36,792 nt of DNA, taken from assembly GCA_963636335.1 (NCBI GenBank), contig CAVHJW010000002.1:1-36792 (forward strand), in the 5' to 3' direction. The notes under the pieces are model-generated. The model saw only the letters and a list, made by a program, of their open reading frames with translations. It did not search any database and was not told where the DNA came from. Each line of letters begins with the position of its first letter. The stretch's first letter is position 1. Positions 32,584-36,792 of the stretch are shown here, piece by piece. A program made the position numbers and the translations under genes. Origin of the DNA: a bacterium. Lineage in GTDB: Bacteria; Verrucomicrobiota; Kiritimatiellia; RFP12; UBA1067.

Positions 32584-33341
32584 GGCTTCAAGAACTCCGC
32601 AAGTTCAAATGTCTCCCCTTCGCCGACCTTCGCGAGGAAGAAGTCTTCAAGACTTGTTGATAATTCATCAACGCGCCCTTCCGCAACAGACTGGCCGTGA
32701 TTCAGAATCATCACACGGTCGCACACATCCTCGGCATCCGCAAGAAGGTGCGACGACATGAGAATTGTCATACCACCCTTCGCGAGCGTCTTGACGAGCG
32801 TTTTCACTTCCTTTGTTGAGACAGGGTCAAGACCCGATGTTGGTTCGTCAAGAACAAGGAGGTCGGGCTTACCGACGAGCGAGGCGGCCAGCGCCACGCG
32901 GCGCGCCATCCCCTTTGAGAACTCCCCGACACGGCGCGTCGCAACAGAGTCAAGCCCCACCATCTTAAGGAGTGCGTCCGTCCGCGCCTTTGCCTCACGA
33001 CGCGGCAAGTCCGAAAGCCCCGCGTAATAACGCAAGGTCTCGGCGGCCGTCAGAAACGGGTGGAGATAACTGAGCTCGGGCAAGTAACCGAGGCGGCGGC
33101 GCGCGGCGACGGCACGCGGCGGCAAGCCGAAGAGCGAAACGTCGCCCGCACTTGGGCTTAGAAGGCCGAGAATCATCTTAATCGTCGTGGACTTGCCTGA
33201 GCCGTTGGGACCGAGAAGGCCAAAGACTTCGCCTGGATGGATTGAAAACGAAAGACCGTCAACCGCTTGAACCGTCGGGCGAAGCCAGAAGTCGCGGAAA
33301 GTCTTTTTGACGTCTTTGAGGCAAATGATGTCGTCTGTCAT
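32580..33341 (-). CDS. ABC-2 subfamily (CcmA/NatA-like) ATP-binding protein
   Basis: 253 aa from the ATG at 33341 (MTDDIICLKDV...). Walker A 'GPNGSGKST', signature variant 'FSKGMARR', Walker B 'LLVLDEPTSGLD', H-loop 'SSH'. The 447-aa ORF in the track is an artefactual extension over the upstream gene. Confidence 0.9.
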   Translation of the reverse strand: MTDDIICLKDVKKTFRDFWLRPTVQAVDGLSFSIHPGEVFGLLGPNGSGKSTTIKMILGLLSPSAGDVSLFGLPPRAVAARRRLGYLPELSYLHPFLTAAETLRYYAGLSDLPRREAKARTDALLKMVGLDSVATRRVGEFSKGMARRVALAASLVGKPDLLVLDEPTSGLDPVSTKEVKTLVKTLAKGGMTILMSSHLLADAEDVCDRVMILNHGQSVAEGRVDELSTSLEDFFLAKVGEGETFELAEFLKP

Positions 33342-33343
33342 CG

Positions 33344-34222
33344 TCAGATCCTCGTCATACGATAAGAGCCCAGAACCAGAAACGCCGCGAGAGCGGGTAG
33401 CGTCGCAAAAAAGGAGAGCGCAACGTAAGAGACGGTCACCGACCCGCCGTTCGCGAGCGCGTCCGAAAGAGCGTAGTTTCCAATAAACGGCAAGAAAAGA
33501 AGGATGAAAAGCCCCGTCCACGTCGCGGCAACGGACGACTTTGCGAAGAGCGCAAATGTGCCAGCGGCCGATGTAAAGAGCGCGGCGAGAAAGAAGAGCG
33601 GGAGCGCGGCGGGGAAAAGTGGCGCGAGAGTATTGAAATCGCGCACCAGAAAGTAAAGTGCGCCAGATGCGGCGAGGAGCAAGGCGAGCAAGAGGGCCGA
33701 AAGCGCGAAGCGGACAGCGAAGAAGCGGTTCAGAAAGGCGCTCAAAACGAGTGGCAAAACGAGGACGGCAACGGCGAGCGCGACGCACGGCCCCCAGACT
33801 CGCGCGAGGTCTCCCGTCCGCTCGGCGAGGCGTCCGCCAACCGCCGCGCCCTCGACGAGGACAACCGAGAGGAAAAGAAGCGTCGCCATAACGAGCGCAA
33901 TTGACACGAACGCACCGAGGCACTTTGAAAGGAAGAAACGCGTGCGCGAGACAGAGTGCGCAAGTGCCATCTCAAGCGTTCCCGTTTCAATCTCGCGACG
34001 CCACGCGCGGATCGTGGAGAAAACCGCGAGAAGCGCGCCCGCCACGAGAATGGCCGAAAACCCCGCATCGCGCGCCATGCGCGTCGGCTCACCAAACTGG
34101 TGGTAGTGAAACGTTGGCGCAAAAACAGCAACCGCGCCGAACGCGAGGAAAATCAATAAAGTCAACGGCTCCGAGAGAATCTCAAGAGCCGTTGCCTGCG
34201 CGATTGCGAGCGTCTTTCTCAC
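33344..34222 (-). CDS. ABC-2-type permease-like integral membrane protein
   Basis: About 292 aa with about 6-7 TM segments. I place the start at the GTG at 34222, which overlaps the upstream stop (GTGA). The ATG at 34282 would overlap the upstream gene by 64 nt. Confidence 0.6.
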   Translation of the reverse strand: MRKTLAIAQATALEILSEPLTLLIFLAFGAVAVFAPTFHYHQFGEPTRMARDAGFSAILVAGALLAVFSTIRAWRREIETGTLEMALAHSVSRTRFFLSKCLGAFVSIALVMATLLFLSVVLVEGAAVGGRLAERTGDLARVWGPCVALAVAVLVLPLVLSAFLNRFFAVRFALSALLLALLLAASGALYFLVRDFNTLAPLFPAALPLFFLAALFTSAAGTFALFAKSSVAATWTGLFILLFLPFIGNYALSDALANGGSVTVSYVALSFFATLPALAAFLVLGSYRMTRI

Positions 34223-35313
34223 GCGCCCCAGCCCAGACCGCCGCAGAACGTCGGCAGCTGCGCATTTTCGTAGAGGTACCAAACGAGTGCGCCCATTGCA
34301 ATCGTCGCGGCAAGCTTCACCGCGATGGCGATGATCGTGCCAATGCCTGCGGGGGCTTCCTTCGCCACGGTCGGCACAGGAGCCGACGGCGGCATGTCGG
34401 GAATATCGGGAATGTCAGCAACCTCTCCGCTCGTCGGAGCGGCCGATGGCTCCGCGCCCGATGACGGTGGAACAGATGTCGGCGTAGCGCCCGGCTTCTT
34501 GATTGTGAACTTCGCACCCGTCGGCCGAATCGTCGCGCCCGGGCGTGAAATCTTGAGCGTCTTACGCTGCGTGAGCGACGGCTCGGCACTCGTCGGCGCG
34601 CTCTCCGTTGGCGCACCCTCTGCCGTTGTCGCAGGACGCGGCTCGGGCTTGAGCGTTGAGGACGTTCCCGGCAGGTTTACAGGACGCTTAATACGAATCG
34701 TCTTCATCGGCGCGGCCGCACTCTTGACAGGCGCAACACCCATTGCATCGGAAAGCGAGATGCGCGCCGTCTTGTGCTTGGCGGCCTCTTTCTGCGCATC
34801 CGTCTGCGCCGCCGTCTCGGCGATGATGCCCGTCTTGTGGAGAATCGCCTGCTGAGGGATGGCTTGCGTCACGCCCTTGAGCTTCTGCGTCACCGTCTTC
34901 AATGTCTCAAGCGGCTTCGGCGTCTCAACGCTCGCGGCCGCCTCGGTGCGTTCAACAGGCTTCGCCTCAACGGTCGGCAACTTGCCAACGCCCTGCGCGT
35001 CCACGGGGACGACAGGCTTCTGGATAGGCTTTGGGAGAGGCTTGCCCACAACCGTTGCGCCCGGCTTGCGGATGAGAGGCTTAGTGATAATCGTCGCACC
35101 GGGCTTCGGCGGCAATTTAAGGCCGCTCGTCGAAAGACCTGGCTTCGGCGGCAGTTTAAGCCCAGGGCGAAGCGCGTTGCCCGCGCCCAACGTCGGCTTG
35201 TGAATCGTCGGCGCGATTCCCGCGCCCGGCATCTTCGGCTTGGCCGCCAGCGGATTCACCTTCGGCGGTTCAGCCGCCTGAACGGGTGTCGTCTTTTCGA
35301 CTTCTTCTGCCAT
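34219..35313 (-). CDS. Pro/Lys/Ala-rich low-complexity protein with one C-terminal TM anchor (tail-anchored), function unknown
   Basis: 364 aa from the ATG at 35313, with GGGAGG 6 nt upstream. It carries repeated 'GLKLPPKPG', 'KPGAT', 'IRIKRP', 'LKISRP' and 'TIKKP' motifs. The C-terminal TM segment is 'IGTIIAIAVKLAATIAMGALVWYLY'. Confidence 0.7.
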   Translation of the reverse strand: MAEEVEKTTPVQAAEPPKVNPLAAKPKMPGAGIAPTIHKPTLGAGNALRPGLKLPPKPGLSTSGLKLPPKPGATIITKPLIRKPGATVVGKPLPKPIQKPVVPVDAQGVGKLPTVEAKPVERTEAAASVETPKPLETLKTVTQKLKGVTQAIPQQAILHKTGIIAETAAQTDAQKEAAKHKTARISLSDAMGVAPVKSAAAPMKTIRIKRPVNLPGTSSTLKPEPRPATTAEGAPTESAPTSAEPSLTQRKTLKISRPGATIRPTGAKFTIKKPGATPTSVPPSSGAEPSAAPTSGEVADIPDIPDMPPSAPVPTVAKEAPAGIGTIIAIAVKLAATIAMGALVWYLYENAQLPTFCGGLGWGA

Positions 35314-35330
35314 CACGCGCCTCCCTTTCG

Positions 35331-35894
35331 TTAGACCGCCATTACTTCGGCTTCCTTCGACTTGAGCTCCGCGTCAATCTTCGCGATGCCCTCGTCCGTC
35401 GCCTTCTGAATCTTTTCAAGCCCCTGCTTCATCTCGTCTTCGGAGCACTTCTTATCCTTCTCAAGTTTCTTCACCGCATCGTTCGCATCACGGCGGACAT
35501 TGCGCATCGCGACCTTCTGCGCCTCGGCCTGCGTCTTGGCGACCTTCACGATTTCTTTGCGGCGCTCCTCGTTGAGTTCGGGCACGGTGATGCGCAGCAC
35601 CTTGCCATCCGTCTGCGGCGTGACACCAATGTTGGCCGCGAGAATCGCCTTGTTCACCGCGTCAAGAACGGTCGGGTCAAACGGCGTAATCTTGATCTGA
35701 CGCGGCTCGGGCGTCGAGATTGTGCCGAGGTTTTTGATCGGCGTCGGGCAACCATAGTAGTCGACCTTGATCTGGTCAACCATCGCGGGCGACGCCTTGC
35801 CCGTGCGAAGCCCCGCAAACTGGGACTTGAGCGCGTCAAAACTCTTCGCGATTTTCACTGTCGCGTCACTGATAACTTCAGATACCGTTTCCAT
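35331..35894 (-). CDS. frr: Ribosome recycling factor
   Basis: 187 aa from the ATG at 35894 (METVSEVISDA...), with GAGGAAGAG upstream. Motifs: 'LRTGKASPAMVDQIKVDYYG', 'PELNEERRKE', 'RNVRRDAND'. Confidence 0.93.
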   Translation of the reverse strand: METVSEVISDATVKIAKSFDALKSQFAGLRTGKASPAMVDQIKVDYYGCPTPIKNLGTISTPEPRQIKITPFDPTVLDAVNKAILAANIGVTPQTDGKVLRITVPELNEERRKEIVKVAKTQAEAQKVAMRNVRRDANDAVKKLEKDKKCSEDEMKQGLEKIQKATDEGIAKIDAELKSKEAEVMAV

Positions 35895-35931
35895 CTCTTC
35901 CTCTTTCGTGTTTTTAGAAAAGTCAAATATC

Positions 35932-36660
35932 TTAACTGACGACCGTTCCAACAGCGCGCCCCTTCACAACGGCCTCAAGCGCCTTCGGGTCAAAGAAATC
36001 GAAGACGACGATCGGAATGTTGTTATCCATGCAGAGCGCAAATGCCGCCGAGTCCATCACCTTCAACCGCTTCTCAAGCGCGGTCTCGTATTTGAGCGAA
36101 GCATACTTCTTCGCCTTCGGATCCTTCTTCGGGTCGGCCGTATAAATGCCATCAACCTTCGTCGCCTTGAGGAGCGCATCCGCGCCGATCTCGCTCGCCT
36201 TGAGCGCGGCCGCCGAGTCGGTTGAGAAGTAGGGGTTGCCCGTGCCGCCGCCAAAAATAACAACGCGCCCCTTCTCAAAGTGACGCAGGGCGCGGCGTTG
36301 AATAAATGGTTCGGCGAGTTTCGGCATCTCAATCGCCGTCATGACGCGCGTCGGCACGCCAATCGCCTCAAGCGCGTTCATCATCGCAAGCGCGTTGATA
36401 ATTGTCGCGAGCATGCCCATTGAGTCACCCGTCACGCGGTTGACGCCTTTGCCCGCACCCGTGAGGCCACGAAAGATGTTGCCGCCGCCCAAAACAATGC
36501 CGACCTCGCAGCCCATCGCGTGGATCTTCTTCACGCGCTCGGCCATAAACGCAAGGTGATCAGGGTCGATGCACTCGCCCGTTTCTTTGTTACCGAGAAC
36601 CTCGCCAGAAAGCTTCAGCAGAATCCGGCGATACTTAAGGGAAGAAGATGTCTTTTTCAC
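35932..36660 (-). CDS. pyrH: UMP kinase
   Basis: 242 aa with a GTG start. Motifs: 'YRRILLKLSGE', 'GIVLGGGNIFRG', 'VVIFGGGTGNPYFSTD', 'VDGIYTADPKKD'. Confidence 0.93.
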   Translation of the reverse strand: MKKTSSSLKYRRILLKLSGEVLGNKETGECIDPDHLAFMAERVKKIHAMGCEVGIVLGGGNIFRGLTGAGKGVNRVTGDSMGMLATIINALAMMNALEAIGVPTRVMTAIEMPKLAEPFIQRRALRHFEKGRVVIFGGGTGNPYFSTDSAAALKASEIGADALLKATKVDGIYTADPKKDPKAKKYASLKYETALEKRLKVMDSAAFALCMDNNIPIVVFDFFDPKALEAVVKGRAVGTVVS

Positions 36661-36667
36661 GTCTTTT

Positions 36668-36676
36668 ATTCTACCA
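36668..36676 (-). promoter_or_regulatory. Extended -10 promoter (TGGTAGAAT) for pyrH; the mRNA is predicted to be leaderless
   Basis: The minus strand reads TGGTAGAAT-aaaagac-GTG (7 nt). Confidence 0.5.
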
Positions 36677-36693
36677 TAAACGGCTAACTGAAA

Positions 36694-36792
36694 TCAATCT
36701 TCGATCTTGCCTTTCTTCGAGATCGCGCCATGACGCCGCCGGCTGTCATTCAAGACGAGGAGGCGGCCTGCGTGCCCACGACCCGCGTCCAG
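36694..36792 (-). CDS. Possible 3' end (32 codons plus stop) of a CDS entering from the right edge; product unknown
   Basis: The minus-strand frame is open from the edge: ...LDAGRGHAGRLLVLNDSRRRHGAISKKGKIED*, with the TGA at 36696..36694 just before the pyrH promoter. A plus-strand ATG at 36730 also opens a frame running to the edge, so the strand is uncertain. Confidence 0.3.
   Translation of the reverse strand: MDAGRGHAGRLLVLNDSRRRHGAISKKGKIED

Noticed and set aside
32580-33923. The 447-aa version of the ABC ATPase ORF. Similar long N-terminal extensions appear in the track for nadC (to 12280), the MOP-like gene (to 13986), the MacB-like ATPase (to 17016), the aminopeptidase (to 21939), rdgB (to 28941), the cdsA-like gene (to 29924) and frr (to 35951).
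   Set aside because: The extensions are Arg/Pro/Ser-rich, overlap the 3' end of the upstream gene, and precede an internal ATG or GTG. That internal start sits 0-20 nt after the upstream stop and begins the conserved family N-terminus. I used the shorter starts.
1-36792. CRISPR arrays, rRNA genes, IS elements or transposases, and prophage or defence-island genes.
   Set aside because: I saw no regularly spaced repeats and no rRNA-like sequence. None of the ORFs has transposase, integrase or phage hallmark motifs. Apart from the PIN cassette, the window looks like core chromosome.

Overview
This is a 36.8-kb GC-rich chromosomal segment from a diderm (Gram-negative) bacterium. GC is roughly 60% by eye. 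Hand counts of single 60-nt lines gave 65% in the TolC-family gene and 48-52% in the PIN gene. The gene content (TolC, lipoboxes, a tandem DUF1080 protein, a PEGA-repeat protein, a GHL10 hydrolase-like protein) recalls PVC-group or other environmental Gram-negatives, but I cannot assign a taxon. Of 36 protein-coding calls, 35 are on the minus strand; only a GT2 glycosyltransferase and tRNA-Pro(CGG) are on the plus strand. I read the minus strand as about eight tightly packed transcription units, each headed by an extended -10 box (TGnTATAAT): (1) pyrH, frr, a Pro-rich tail-anchored protein, an ABC-2 permease, an ATPase and a second permease; (2) purA, a cdsA-like gene, a chagasin-like inhibitor and rdgB; (3) metG, a TadC-like gene, an FHA gene, a PEGA gene and tlyA; (4) an M18 aminopeptidase followed by a terminator; (5) a TolC-family gene, PIN toxin, antitoxin, a MacA-like adaptor, an ABC ATPase, trmD, a GHL10-like gene and a MOP-like membrane protein; (6) a small tail-anchored protein, nadC and DUF1080; (7) pilB, pilT and recN; (8) fusA, an AI-2E transporter and GT1. 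I found no CRISPR array, rRNA, transposase or integrase. The most interesting points are these. Unit-leading genes appear to be leaderless, with the -10 box only 7-11 nt from the start codon. An orphan TadC-like / FHA-TM / 5xPEGA trio is fused between metG and tlyA. A low-GC PIN toxin-antitoxin cassette sits inside an efflux operon that lacks its permease. A Pro/Lys-rich tail-anchored protein with repeated '[IL]-K-x-[KR]-P' motifs is coupled to an ABC-2 exporter, and a mini-paralogue lies 22 kb away. A (CT)7(CG)5 tract lies inside a glycosyltransferase gene. Product calls rest on motifs I recognise in the supplied translations; no database search was run.
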